Below are positions 1 to 13,082 of a stretch of 64,000 nt of DNA, one piece after another. Position numbers and translations under genes: made by a program. The notes below the pieces were generated by a model that saw only the letters and a list, made by a program, of their open reading frames with translations, was not told the origin of the DNA and did no database searches. The stretch's first letter is position 1. Every line of letters starts with the position of its first letter. Location: contig OZ024761.1 in the NCBI GenBank assembly GCA_964016885.1, positions 18,724,001 through 18,788,000 on the forward strand, in the 5' to 3' direction. This stretch comes from Eledone cirrhosa (taxonomy: Eukaryota).

Positions 1-21
1 TATATATATATATATATTTTT

Positions 22-746
22 TAAAAACTACCTGGTTGAGTGCTTATTCGATTTGTGCTGCCTAAGCAATTTTTTGTATGATATACACATACTGAATTCA
101 TTTGCCAAAATATGGGGAATTTCCGCTTGTGACTTACGCTTGTGCGTTTACTAACTTCTGCGTCACTCGCAAAATTGGTTACAGAACAAAATTACCTGTT
201 GATAACGTGATATTCCTTGTTCGATCTTTATGCTGAAAGCTTATAGTTTTAAGCAGACAGTATTATTGATTTAGGTGTAGGGCGGTGGATTGGCAGTATC
301 GGTAGAGAGTCGGACGCCATGCTTTGACGCATAGAGTTACGGCCCTTGCCATTCTGAGTTCAAATCCCGCCGAGGTTAACTTTGCCTTTCATCCTTACAG
401 GGTCAATAAAATAAAGTACCAGTAATGTACTGGTGTAATTGCTGGCCTTGTGCCAATAGTAGAAACAATTATTGATTTAGGTGTCATAGAAACCCTACAT
501 TTGGATTTTACCACCAATTCCATTTGGGTCCAGGTCGATTTTTATCATTTATTTTGTTTGACCTGTTTAACTTGATTTGTTTTTTGGCTTAGGTGGTTAA
601 TGCCTTCTTAACCACTTTTTCAGTTTGTATGGCGTTTTAACATATTGTTTAGCTCTAATGTTTTTAACTATTGAGCGCTTGCCACCATTTCTACGATTTT
701 GCGTTTCGTTTCGCTTTTTCTACCAGCCGAAATACGATTCTCGCTG

Positions 747-750
<4 letters not shown>
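22..750. repeat. (TA)n-flanked dispersed element, second copy at ~6570-7090
   Basis: Colinear similarity (catactgaattca, aagcagacagtattattgatttaggtgt, gcgattctcgct). This copy is interrupted by a SINE A insertion. Confidence 0.7.
280..472 (+). mobile_element. tRNA-derived SINE family A (~190 bp), about 18 copies in the window
   Basis: A-box TGGCAGTATCGG, B-box GAGTTCAAATCC, core gcctttcatccttacggggtcgataaaat, (ATT)n tail. Other copies near 1309, 8826, 10160, 17815, 18067, 21822, 31230, 39758, 43167, 55064, 55268, 55693, 56113, 60168, 60378, 60648 and 63216. Confidence 0.85.
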
Positions 751-798
<48 letters not shown>

Positions 799-1124
799 CG
801 GTAAATATTGATGCAATTCAATCAAGCACTCGACGTATTTTTTCCACATAAGAAAAACCGGAGTATATTTAGAATGAGAAAATGCAAAGTAGTTTCAGAT
901 GTTAAAGTCCTTTATTGATAAGGCTGTGATACATATTTCGATATTGACAGTGGCCACACGATTCTGTGTACCCAGTGCCGTGATCTCATCAGACAGCTTC
1001 TTATATAATAAGGTTATGTTCTCAAGGTAATCCAAACAGAAACGACAAGGGAACGGACAAAGCGTGTGTTCTTGAATCGTTTCTGTTTGAATTGCCTTGG
1101 GAACGTAGCCTTATTATATAAGAA

Positions 1125-1199
1125 GCTGTCTGATGAGAGCACGGCACTGGGTACACGGAATCATGTGGCCACTGTCGTCATTGAAATATGTATCACAGC
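1125..1199 (+). ncRNA. Minimal type I hammerhead ribozyme (inverted partner at 923-997, minus strand)
   Basis: gctgt-CTGATGA-stemII-GAAA-t(atgt)a-TC-acagc, inside an 871-1251 palindrome. Confidence 0.7.
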
Positions 1200-1522
1200 A
1201 TTATCAATAAATGACTTTAACATCTGAAACTATTTCGCATTTTCTCATTCTCTCTTTCTCTCTCTACATATATTATCTTTTATTATTGGTGTTATTATTT
1301 TAAAATAAGGGCGGTGGATTGGCAGTATTGGTAGAGGGTTGGACGCCATGCTTTGCAGCATAGAGTTACGGGCCTTTACGATCTGAGTTCAAATCCCGCC
1401 GAGGTTAACTTTGCCTTTCATCCTTACGAGGTCGATAAAATAAAGTACCAGGAATGCACTGGGTAATTGCTGGCCTTGTGCCAAAAGTAGAAACAATTAT
1501 TGGTGTTATTGTTTTCACTCAC

Positions 1523-1558
1523 TTGATTCTCCGATGTATCTATAAATACCAGTGCCAT
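1523..1558 (-). other. Possible short first coding exon (MALVFIDTSENQ) of a gene running off the left edge
   Basis: ATG, 12 codons and a GTGAGT donor in non-repetitive sequence; no homology support. Confidence 0.2.
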
Positions 1559-1901
1559 GTGTTACACCCTCCAGTATTCCGATGATTTGATCAGAGACAC
1601 ACACTGTAATTAAGGTCAAGTGACGCAATTTCGAGTGATTAGCGGCCTTTAGACTCACCTGATCAATGGAACAATTGTTAATACTGTAAATAAAACCCTT
1701 TTTGTACAGCCAACCATGTTATTCTTCACTCTTTCACTACTATTACTCCAAGAATAACCTGCATGAGAATTCTCGCAAACTCGCCACCTAACTAAGGAAA
1801 CCTCTTGTTGAGTCAAACAACGCCGTACGTTAAAACTATCCATAGTACAGAGTACGCACAACCTCTAACTGGATTACCTAAAACGATAATTTGTTATCCC
1901 A

Positions 1902-1968
<67 letters not shown>

Positions 1969-2045
1969 CTTTGCTAACTCATCTTTTCATATAAGTAGGC
2001 CGAATTTACTTGCAAACCGCCAGAGATTCGATTTTACTGATTTCC

Positions 2046-2090
<45 letters not shown>

Positions 2091-2329
2091 TGTATGTATA
2101 TTTGGCAATATAGCGTATGTTCAATTAAAAATATTTAGAAGACCATACGCTATCACTTTTAAAGTAGTGACTATATCACTTACTTCTTTTCGGCGAAACA
2201 AGGGAGAGAAGCTGACAGTCTATTTCGTGCTGGTTGGCGTTCATCAGAACCACATAATTGAACATACGGTATATTGCCAAATATACTATACATACATTCA
2301 TGTATACATCGCTATTTCAGAGCACCAAT

Positions 2330-2384
<55 letters not shown>

Positions 2385-2389
<5 letters not shown>

Positions 2390-5047
2390 TAAAAAGGAAA
2401 AGAAATGCTGACAAATTTTTCCAAGTGAAAAATAGTTTAATTAGGAATAAGTATAAATTAGTAATAAGTATTAGTTAGTATTCAGTTTTAGTTTTAAGTT
2501 TTTACCGGTTGCGCATTTCTTATGCTTTTCAAAAATAATTTTGAGATAGAGTGCACGTGATTTTTGCTCTAATCTGATCAGTTTTGGAAATTCTTCCTGT
2601 TTTATGTGAAAAAAATGGCTTGGGAGGTATTAAGATTTGGTTGGCTGTTGAATGTCACGTGAATAAGCACTATACATTTCGCACCAATTCGTGTTGCAAA
2701 AATTCTTGTAGTCAAAACAATTTTGATTGGTCGGTAGAAGTCACGTGAATGTTTAAATTGATTTTAGCGCGAGCTGGTTTCGCGCCAAATGTAGGTTTGT
2801 CGAAGAGTGTCCTTTTCCGCTTGATTGAGTTGCAGTCATGTTGAGAGGTCAACAGTTCAGGTGTCTATTAAGACAAATATGTGTGTGTGTGTGTGTGTGT
2901 GTGTGTCGCCAAGTGATTCATTGTTGTGATAATGGAAATGAATCGGTCAGTAGGAATGTGTGTGTGTGTGTGTGTGTATGGGGGGGGGGGGTATTTTAAC
3001 ATGTTGAAACATTTTTCAGCTCTTGTCTTATACGGAGAAGTGTGTGTATGTGTATGTCTGTCTGTATGTTAGTATGCGCGCGCGCGCGTGCGTGTGTGTG
3101 TGTTTGGAAGGACCAGTATTTTTGTGGTACTGGTAAAAATGACGTACACTATTCGATATTTTCAGTCATTTTCAAAAACGATTCTCTCAAAAGAACATCA
3201 ATAACATTAATAACAAAAGAGGTGAAATGATGTATAGTATTGTCATAACAACAAGGCGTGTGTGAGTCCAGATTGTACGTACTGCAAGGGGAATCCATCA
3301 GGCCCTGCCGTATGGGATACTTGTGTACAAATATGTATGCACCCATCAATGTGCAATACGTGTGTGTGTATCGGCACGTGTATATCTAGAGACATCAAAA
3401 GGTATGCACATTTGTGTATATTTGTGTTGCACCATAGAACATGTGTGCTTACGTTTGTCATTGTGTTTATATGTGGATAGATATGTATGTAGGATGTATG
3501 CTGATGTAGGTATGTATGTCAACGTGTGTATGTTGTGAGTTCGTCTTAGGAAGAAGTGTTTAGACAGGGTCCGTATTTGTTAATAAAGTGAGATACCTTG
3601 CTGATGCGCTGGGTGTGGGTGACATTATCTTTAAATTTGTAGAGGGGAAAGATTCTAAAGTTGGGATGATTTTGGGCGGCACAGATATCAATGTGTTCAC
3701 TCAGTGGTATTTTTCTGTATTGCCGTATTTTGATTTGGGATCTATGGACAGTCATGCGTTGGCGGAGGCTGTTTTTAGTCTGGCCTATGTATTGTTCTCG
3801 GTAACCTGAGCAAGTTAATACATATATTAGGTTTTCTGATGCGCATGTGAAATTGTGTTTTACTATAAAATGTTGTCCTTCTTTGAAATAGAATTCCGAA
3901 CCCTCTATTAGGTTGATGCATATACCACAGTTGGGTCTATCGCATTTTTTTTTACTGTGGGTTTCGTTGTTGTGGTTGGCAGTACTTTGGCATATGTTAG
4001 GATGTTTTTCATTGACTTAGATTGTCTTTTGCTCTTTATGATATCGTGTGTTCGAAGGATTTGGTTCATTCTATGGTCCTTTTTTAATACAGGGATGTTC
4101 TGGGGGATGGTGTCAAAGGGCTCATTGTTGAGGGGGTTGTGTGTGGAGATGTATGGAAGAACTTTTAGTTTCGGTTGATTAACTTTAGGGTGTCTAAGGT
4201 CCTGGGTACTGAGTTTTAGGGCACGTTGGATTCCATTGTCAATTAGTGACGCAGGGTAGTCTCTGCTTATGAGTGTGTCCTTTAGTTCTTGTAGACGTAA
4301 CAGGTGTTTTTATTGGAGACTATAGTACAGATTGTCTTGGCTAAATTGTAGGGAATATTAATTTTAACGTGTCTAGGGTGGCATGAATTGAAAGGAAGAT
4401 ATTGCTTGGAGTCTGTGGGCTTGTAGTATATGTCTGTTTCTATTTTTTTGTTATGAATCTTAATGAGTATGTCGAGGAAGGGGAGTTGTTGATGGCTGTA
4501 TTCCATTGTAAAATTAATATTCGTGTTGAGCCCATTTACAAGGGTGTGAAATTCTTTAAGTTTCTCGATGTTTTCGTGCCAAAGGATGAAGCAGTCATCT
4601 AGATATCTCTTCCAGTTCTTTTCGATGTGTAAGGGGAGAGTGTTTCCAAATTTGTTTAGTACTTTAGTGTAGAGGGTGATTTCCAGGTATCCCATGACTA
4701 GGTTGGCATAAGTGGGGGCCGTTTTCGTTCCCATAGCGGTCCTAGATTTCTGCCTGTAGAATTTGTTATTGAAAACGAAGTAATTATTCTCCAAGATAAA
4801 TTTGAGTCCCTCTATCACGAATTCTAAAACAGGAAGAATTTCCAAAACTGATCAGATTAGAGCAAAAATCACGAGCACTCTATCTCAAAATTATTTTTGA
4901 AAAGCATAAGAAATGCGCAACCGGTAAAAACTTAAAACTAAAACTGAATACTAACTAATACTTATTACTAATTTATACTTATTCCTAATTAAACTATTTT
5001 TCACTGGGAAAAATTTGTCAGCATTTTCTTCTCTTTTTTTACTAATA
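2385..5047 (-). mobile_element. 5'-truncated Penelope-like retroelement (Neptune-type) with ~220-bp inverted terminal repeat
   Basis: RT motifs on the minus strand (TAMGTKTAPTYANL, WKRYLDDCF, LPFLDI, YYKPTD, HPRHVK), a Cys motif CDRPNCGIC and GIY-YIG NLIYVLTC..QYIGQT ending at 3546; frameshifted. 2385-2604 is the reverse complement of 4824-5047. (TA)n lies on both sides. Confidence 0.9.
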
Positions 5048-5070
5048 TATCACAACTCGTGTGTCACACC

Positions 5071-5147
<77 letters not shown>

Positions 5148-5172
5148 GTTATATAGTAAGGTGCATTCATTT

Positions 5173-5246
5173 TCACCTGATGAGATCAGTGATAATCGAT
5201 CATGGCTTCACAATCGATCTATCTCTTATTGAAACATGTGTCGTGA
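5173..5246 (+). ncRNA. Minimal type I hammerhead ribozyme
   Basis: tcac-CTGATGA-gat...att-GAAA-c(atgt)g-TC-gtga. Confidence 0.65.
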
Positions 5247-7093
5247 TTAAATGACTGGAATTTTACCTTGCCTTCGGATTTTCATTTTGATATATATATA
5301 GTCTTTTACTGGTTTTAGAGATTCTGGAGACTGCCGCCTTAATGAGATTTAGTCGGGTATATCGTCACCAAGTATTTTGCATTTTTTGCTAGGTAATTAT
5401 TTGTTCTCTCTCTCTCCATCCACATACACCTCTCTCTCTCTATCTACACACACTACTCTCTCACTCGCCATCCATACACACCTCCCTCTAGCCCCCTCTC
5501 TCACTCCATCCACATACACACCCCTCTCTCCATCTTAACACAGACCTCACTCTCTCTCTCCATTTACACACACACACCTCTCTCTCTCCATCCACACACA
5601 CCACTCTCTATATCTATAATCACAGCTCCCCCCCCCTCTCTCTCTCTCTCCATTTACACACACACCTCACTCACTCTCTCTCTATTTACACACACACACC
5701 TCTCTCTCTCCATCCACACACACCACTGTCTCTATCTATCTATATACACAGCTCCCCCCTCTCTCTCTCCATTTACACACACATCTCACTCACTCTCTCT
5801 CCATTTACACACACACACCTCTCTCTCTCCATCCACACACACCACTCTCTCTATCTATATACACAGTTCCCTCTCTCTCCACCCACACACCCCTCTCCAT
5901 CCACACACACCACTCTCTCTATCTATCTATATACACAGCTCCCTCCCTCTCTCCACCCACATACACCTCCCTCTCTCTCCACCCACATACACCGCTCTCT
6001 CTATCTCCCCCCTTCCTCCACACACACACACAAACATGAATCATGATATAATTTTTGGCACCTATGATATATGAGATACCGTAAGCTCATATTTTCAACT
6101 TTTTATGTACTAAACAAATTGTTACGGTCATGCATGTATGTATGTACCCCCACCACTCTCAAACGTTATAATAACAACATTTGTACTGCCGCTTCGTTTT
6201 TCTGTTTTTTGTTCTCTGTTTACTTTAAAAAAATATATATATATATCTAATATATATCTAATATATATTTGTGAAATTGGTCGTGGTTGAAATTCAGTTG
6301 TGCACAGTTAAATGGTAGTAGATGTGGTCGGACGGACATGAAAATTAACACACCTATGTAAAAAGTGCCAAGGAAGCAAATAGACATTATAAGGTTGAAT
6401 AAGATGCCCACACACAGCTAATAGATCACATCCATGTCGGTTATTTTTTTTTTTACTCATTTAGGCAACCTCTCCTTATGAGCAGCACCATCAGCACCAA
6501 AGCACGATTTTGGAGGAGACTTCAGAGGCAAGGGAGTCTCGTCTTTCTTCTCAGCCCATTCAACCACAACGCTCACCTAGAGAGCTTAATTTGTTTTGTG
6601 CGGTTTTTGCAAATGTTTGCAACAACTACACATACTGAATTCACTGGCCAAAATAGGGGTTTTCTCCCCTTAGAATCTCACATGTGCTTTCATAACGTAC
6701 GAGATTCTGGCGCAAGAAGAACAAAAACCTGTTGAGAAAGCGATGCGTTGTTCGATCATTATACCAAAAGCTTATTTTTTTTATAAGCAGACAGTATTAT
6801 TGATTTAGGTGTTGCAGAAACCCAATTTCGGAGTATTCCATCTTCCTCGAGGGTCCGGATAAAAATATTTCAATCATATCTCATTTTGTTTGACCCGTTT
6901 AGGTTGTTCGCTTTTCTGGCTATGGTGGTTAATGGCTTCTTAACCATCATCTCAGCGTGTATGACCATTTTAACTTATGTTTATAACTCTGGTATCTTCT
7001 TCATATCCATGGAGCGCTTGTCTGCACAATATGGAAGTTGTGTTTCGCTAATTTCTACCTGCCGAAATGCGATTCTCGCTAAATTTATATTTG

Positions 7094-7152
<59 letters not shown>

Positions 7153-7898
7153 GTGTGTATGTATCCCGTGTTCAATTGGGGGTAACCACAGTAAGTGAGG
7201 TACTCAATATATTGTAGAGTATGTACAATATTTAATGTAGAGATGGCTTCTACAGGACTAGAACTGTTTCATTCGAAGGAAATCATCAGGGCTTTCTTGA
7301 TGATTTCACTTTACGAAGTGTACTGGGTCCATTTTAACATGGCATCAGCACTACACTTTATATAGTGTAATGGGTGTATTTTATCATGGCACAGACACAG
7401 GAATGGCAGTGAGGTCCTTCTCAAGACGAAAAGAGTTCTCCTTTGCCTGTTCATCTATCAACTAGCCCCCTGCTACCCCGTCTCACCACAGGCTAAACAG
7501 GGGAGACTACTCTTCTTCACTGTTTTCATCCCCACTGTTCCCAACACAAAAAAATTCAAATATAAAAGGGAAGAATAAATATTTTTTTTCTTCCTACAAA
7601 TATATATTTATTTCTGATAATACAATTTAAGTAATTTTTTTTTTTGCATTTATAATTATAAATTATAAAGTGGGAACCAAAAAATATAATGGTTACTTTT
7701 TGTTTTGTTTTTATTCTTTTCTTTTATGGTGTGATGACAGATGAGACTGGACACCATTTTGAAAGTTTTCTTTTCAAAGCTAATATTTTTGTTGTAGCAG
7801 CAAACGACCTCAAACACTGCATAATGTCAATAACATCTCCTTGCCAGTAATAGATTTTATATATACAAACACACACATATATGTCTGTGTGTGTGTAT

Positions 7899-7929
<31 letters not shown>

Positions 7930-9816
7930 CATATTCATATATTATCATCATCATATTTTAACGTCTATCTTCCACGCCAGCATGGGTTAGACGGGAATTG
8001 TCCCACTTGATGCAAGATTGGTCGGGTGACCGTGTCCCGCTCGCATAGGACTGTCTGGCAGGTTTTCTACGGCTGGATGCCCTTCCTAACACCAACCACA
8101 TTTACAGTGTGGACTGGGAGTTTTTTACCATGTTACCTACACAACCACATTACAGCGTGGACTGTGTGTTTTTTTTGTCGTGACACCTACACGACCTCAT
8201 TAGTTTGGACTGGATGTTGTGGTACCAACATAACTTTACAGAGAAAGGGTGGTGTTGGCGGGAGTGGGAGTATGGGTAGTGGGTCGGGGTGTTTGTTTGG
8301 AGGGGCCTACTGACTACATATATATATATATACATATATGTACACACACACACACACATATATGTACATATGCATATATATATATATATATATATTCACA
8401 CACACACATATATTTGTGTGTGTGTGTTTTGTATATATTTCTATACACATGTAAGTTCATATATATAATATAGGTATATGTATGTATATATGAATATGTG
8501 ACTATATATATATATATATTATATATACATTTGTATATATCTCTGTATGTATCATAATCATTGTCATTTAGCATCTATTTCCCATGCTTGCATGTGTTAG
8601 ACAGACTGTCATGTTATGAGCTTTGACAGTTCAGGTGACAACCTCTCCATACAGAACTGGCCAGTTTCTAGCTTGGTTTGCTACAGCTGGAGGTCCTTCC
8701 TAACGCCAACCACATTTCAGCATTTTCTTCATGGCATCACAAGCTGTACCACTTTACAGGGTGGCCTGGGTGCTTTATATCATGACACCTGAACAACCAC
8801 CTTGTATGTATATTATGTATATGGACTGAGTTCAAATCCTGCCGAGGTTAACTTTGCCTTTCATCCTTATGGGGTTGATAAAATAAAGTACCAGTAATAC
8901 ACTGCAATAATTGCTGGTACTTTATATCCCAGTGTATTACTGGTACCATATATATATATATATATATATATATATGGACATGTGATGCATATGAAGGGTG
9001 ACAGTTGCATAAAACATTGCATAGCACTTAAAGTTGATGGAAACTATGGAGTAGGCAAACCTAGGAAGACTTGGGATGAGGTGATAAAAACTGATCTTGC
9101 ACAAATGCACCTCTCAAAGGGAATGACACATGATTGAGATCTCTGGCATTATGCAGTAATACAGAATACCCATCCTCCCATGAGCACAGGCTGAAGCATA
9201 TATCTAGTATGCACCACCTTCACCTCCTGACACTCCACTCATGCCCTTCACATACAAGTCGCCAGCCCACACTGTAAGGTGGTCATGATGGTGAAATGAC
9301 AAAAAGCACCCAGTCCACACTATAAATGTGGTTGGCATTAGGAAAGGCATCCAGCTGTAGAAACCCAGCCAAAATTAGTTCTGTATGAACAAGACATGGT
9401 CATCTGATCTGGCTCACAATGGGACAACTCACAACGGGACAACTCGTCTAATCCATGCTAGTGTGGAAGGAAATGAGTTGCGACGTCACTGGTGCCAAGC
9501 TGTATCGGCCATTGCCTTTCCCTTGGACAGCATCGATAGCATGGAGAGGGGGAGACAGGTATGCATGGGTGACTGCTGGTCTTCCACAAACAACCTTGCC
9601 TGAACTTGTGACTAGGAGGGGGAAACTTTCTAGATGCAAATCCCATGGTCATTTGTGACTGAAGGGGGGTGGGGTGGGGGCGTCTTTACTTTTATAAACG
9701 AAAGCATTTTAGTCATCACCAATGGAAGCATCTTTGGTGGTGAGAGAAGGGAGGAGACAATATATAAACTTTGACAAGAAATTAAAAAATAAAAAGATGT
9801 CGTAATGAATTCTAAT

Positions 9817-9998
9817 TTAATAATAGATTGGAGATGGTAACATTTTCTTAACACCTTTCTGTAGGTATTTCTCCATATTAAAGAAAGTAGAGTCAATGGT
9901 CACAACATCTTCAATATCTACCTCTGCAAGTCGGTCGTGCCACATTAGGTCTTTAGGCATCTGCAGCAACAAATTCGTTATGGATTTTTTTATGTGTA
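9817..9998 (-). CDS. Duplicated terminal exon 5b of the PhnD-like gene (HIKKSITNLLLQMPKD...PSPIYY*), candidate alternative last exon
   Basis: ttattacag acceptor. Same 182-nt length, phase and stop position as exon 5a; 33/60 aa identical; no indels or premature stops. Confidence 0.65.
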
Positions 9999-10376
9999 CT
10001 GTAATAAAGTATTGGGGTGGTGGTTGTGGTAGGGAGAAGAAGAAGAGAGATTAGAAAGTAGAAACAATTATTATTATTATTAATTTATATATATATATGG
10101 AGGCACATTATTATTATTATTAATGTTACGGCGGTGAATTATTATTATTATTAATATTAGGGCGGTGAATTGGCAGTATCGGTAGAGAGTTGGACGCCAT
10201 GTTTTCTAGCATAGTTACGTCCCTTTACAGTCTGAGTTCAAATCCCGCCGAGGTTAACTTTGCCTTTCATCCTTACGGGGTCGATAAAATAAAGTATCAG
10301 TAATGTACTGGGTAATTGCTGGCCTTGTGCCTAAAGTAGAAACAATTATTATTATTATTAATTTATATATATATGT

Positions 10377-10715
10377 GGAGGCACATGGCTTAGTGGTTAG
10401 AGCATTGGCCTTGCAATCGAAAGGTTGTGAGTTCAATTCTCAGACCAGGTGATGTGTTGTTTCTTTGAGCAAGACACTTTATTTCACATTGCTCCAGTTT
10501 ACTCAGCTGTAGAAATGAGATGATAGGGACTGGGGTCCCTATCATTCCACTGCAAAGTGGTCGTGGAGGTGCCACCGCAAAAAAGCACCCAGCACTCACT
10601 GTAAAATGAGGTTGGTATTAGGAAGGGCATCCAGCTGTAGAAATCAAGCCAGAATCAGTTCCCGTCCCACCCTTGCAAGCAGGGAAAGGTGGACGTAAAA
10701 TGAAATGAAAATGAA
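10377..10715 (+). mobile_element. tRNA-derived SINE family B (~340 bp) with CORE-like centre and RTE-like tail
   Basis: A-box TGGCTTAGTGG, B-box GAGTTCAATTC, ttgagcaagacacttta, ggaagggcatccagctgtagaa. Near-identical copies at 25405-25745, 46815-47123, 47520-47797 (+) and 57610-57992 (-). Confidence 0.85.
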
Positions 10716-11178
10716 ATATATATATATATAGTCTTTTACTAGTTTCATTGCTTATTTGACTGAGGCCATGCTGGGCACTGCTGCCTTAAATAGGTTTAGT
10801 TAGGTATATTGTCACCAAGTATTTTGTATATTTTAGCTAGGTACTTATTTGATCTTCCCTCTCCACACACACACACCTTTCTCTCTCTCTCTCTATCTAC
10901 ACACATCTTTCTCTATCTCTCCCTCCACACACGCATATGTCACACTCTCCCTCTCTCTCTCTCTATATATATATATACACCCCTCTTTCTCAATACACAC
11001 TCACATCCCTCACTCTCTCCACACACCTCTCTCTCTCTCTCCACACACAACATGAATCATGAAATAATTTTTGGCATCTAAGATATAGAATGATATATAG
11101 TATGCTCATATTTTCAGGTTTTTTGTTCACTGAACAAATTGTTGCAGTCATGTGTGTGTGTGTGTGTGTGTGTGTGTA

Positions 11179-12068
11179 CAGGGTGTGGACGATATGTGTT
11201 CGCAATTTCAACTGCTAATTTATGCAAATTTTTTTTACTTCCGTTCTCGCTCTTGTCTTCATAAAAACAGTGACTATATTTCCATTATTTATTTTCAGAA
11301 TAATTGATTATGAATAATTTTGAACGTCCAAATTTGTGGAAGAGACACAGAGTTCTTCTTGGAATCCGCGCCAGGAGGACAAATAAGGAAATTTCAGAAA
11401 CTCCCAGAACAACAGGTGGCTCGCTGTCTCATCCAAAGACGTGCCCAGAGTCATGCAGACAAAGTTTCCAGTGACAACATTGGTCTTAGGTGTCGTCAGC
11501 AGTCAAGGTGACGTCATGCCACCCCACTTCTTCCCTGAGGGCCTCAAGCTGAACACCGATGGCTACATCCGCATTCTGAGCGAGGTAGTAAAGCCCTGGA
11601 TCGACCAGGTAGCTGCAAGTAGGCCGTACGTGTGGCAGCAAGCCTCGGCGCCCTGCCATACCGGCCGAAAGACCCAAGCCTGACTGTCAGAGAACTTTGT
11701 CGACCACACTTAACCTGACATCTGGCCTCCCTGCTCGCCTGACTGCAACCCCCTCGACTTCTTTGTGTGGGGTGCAGTGGAATGAGACACCAACAGACCT
11801 AGCTGCAATACGAAAGATGATCTGGAGGCCAGGATCACAAGTGCCTTTAGGGGCCTAAGTCGGGGGACAGTGACGAAGGCCTGTAGCTGGTTCCGAGGCC
11901 GCCTTGAGGCCGTCATCAAAGCCAATGGCAGGTTTATCGAGTGAGATCCAAATAACAAGTCATGAAGACAAACTGACCCAAGTTTGATAAATATATCTTA
12001 AAAAATAAAACTACTGTCTTATTTTTTCCTAGACAGTAATCTTGCAAACAAATATCGTCCGCACCCTG
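11179..12068 (+). mobile_element. Degenerate Tc1/mariner-superfamily DNA transposon, DD37D (maT)-type, internally deleted
   Basis: TIRs cagggtgtggacgatatgtgtt / aaatatcgtccgcaccctg with TA TSD. Transposase remnant WQQ(D>A)SAPCH...WPPCSPDCNPLD with 37-residue spacing and in-frame stops. Confidence 0.85.
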
Positions 12069-13018
12069 TATATGTGTATGTATATATAAAAGTGAACAAG
12101 ATATCGTTTTGGGTTAACTTAGCTCAGGTTACGAGTAATCTGTCGATTGATTATTGATAATAGTGATTTCAAGACAAGAATCAATCGCTAATGAGGTAAT
12201 GAAACAAGTTAATACTTGGAATAAACCCTATTATATCACTTATCCGTGTTAATCCTCTTTATATACAGATATATATAATCATCATCATCACCATTTAATG
12301 TCTATTTTTCCATGCTTGCATGGGTTAGGCAGTTTGTCCACATTATGGGAGAAGTTTGGTCAGTTGGTCATGCAATACTTGCTCAAACGGAATTGTATTT
12401 TGGCCATTTTTATTTACAGCTGGATGCTCTTTGCACTTCCTAACACCAACCACGTTTACAGTGTGGAACTGGGAGGTCCCATTATGAGGAGGGGCTGGTC
12501 ATTTAGCTATGCTGTACCTTGTTCGTAACAGGACTGTGTTTTGGCTGGGTTTTTATGGCTGCTGGATGCCCTCCCTAACACAAACCATGTGGGAGTGAGT
12601 GGTCTCTTTTTATGAGGCATGTCTGGCCAGTTGGCTGCACCGCACCTTGCTCATAGCAGGACTATGTTTTGGCTGGGTTTATACAATTGCTGGATGCCCT
12701 TCCTGAACCTCAACTATGTTTACAGAGGTTACATAAAACCAAGTGATCCTGTTTTATGAGGCAAGTCTAGCCTGTTGGCTGTGCCGTACCTTATATATAT
12801 ATATATATTTCTTTTTTCATTGGTGTCTCCAAACTTGTCTAAGAACCGGAAGACGAGGTCACAAATTTGATCCCCCATACAATCTGGAGATAAGGCCAAA
12901 ATTGGACCTTGAAATCTTGGGTAGCACTTTTGATGTGTATGAACATAAATAAATAATATATATATATATCATCTCATCATCATCTTCATTTAACGTCCGT
13001 TTTCCACGCTAGCATGGG

Positions 13019-13082
<64 letters not shown>

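Noticed and set aside
280-370. SINE heads as genuine tRNA genes
   Set aside because: A/B boxes are present but there is no full cloverleaf, and they are fused to SINE bodies in many copies.
7724-7860. Possible coding exon (QGDVIDIMQCLRSF...VITP*) in the duplicated block
   Set aside because: The paralogous copy at ~13843-13975 has 1-nt and 10-nt indels, so the frame is not conserved.
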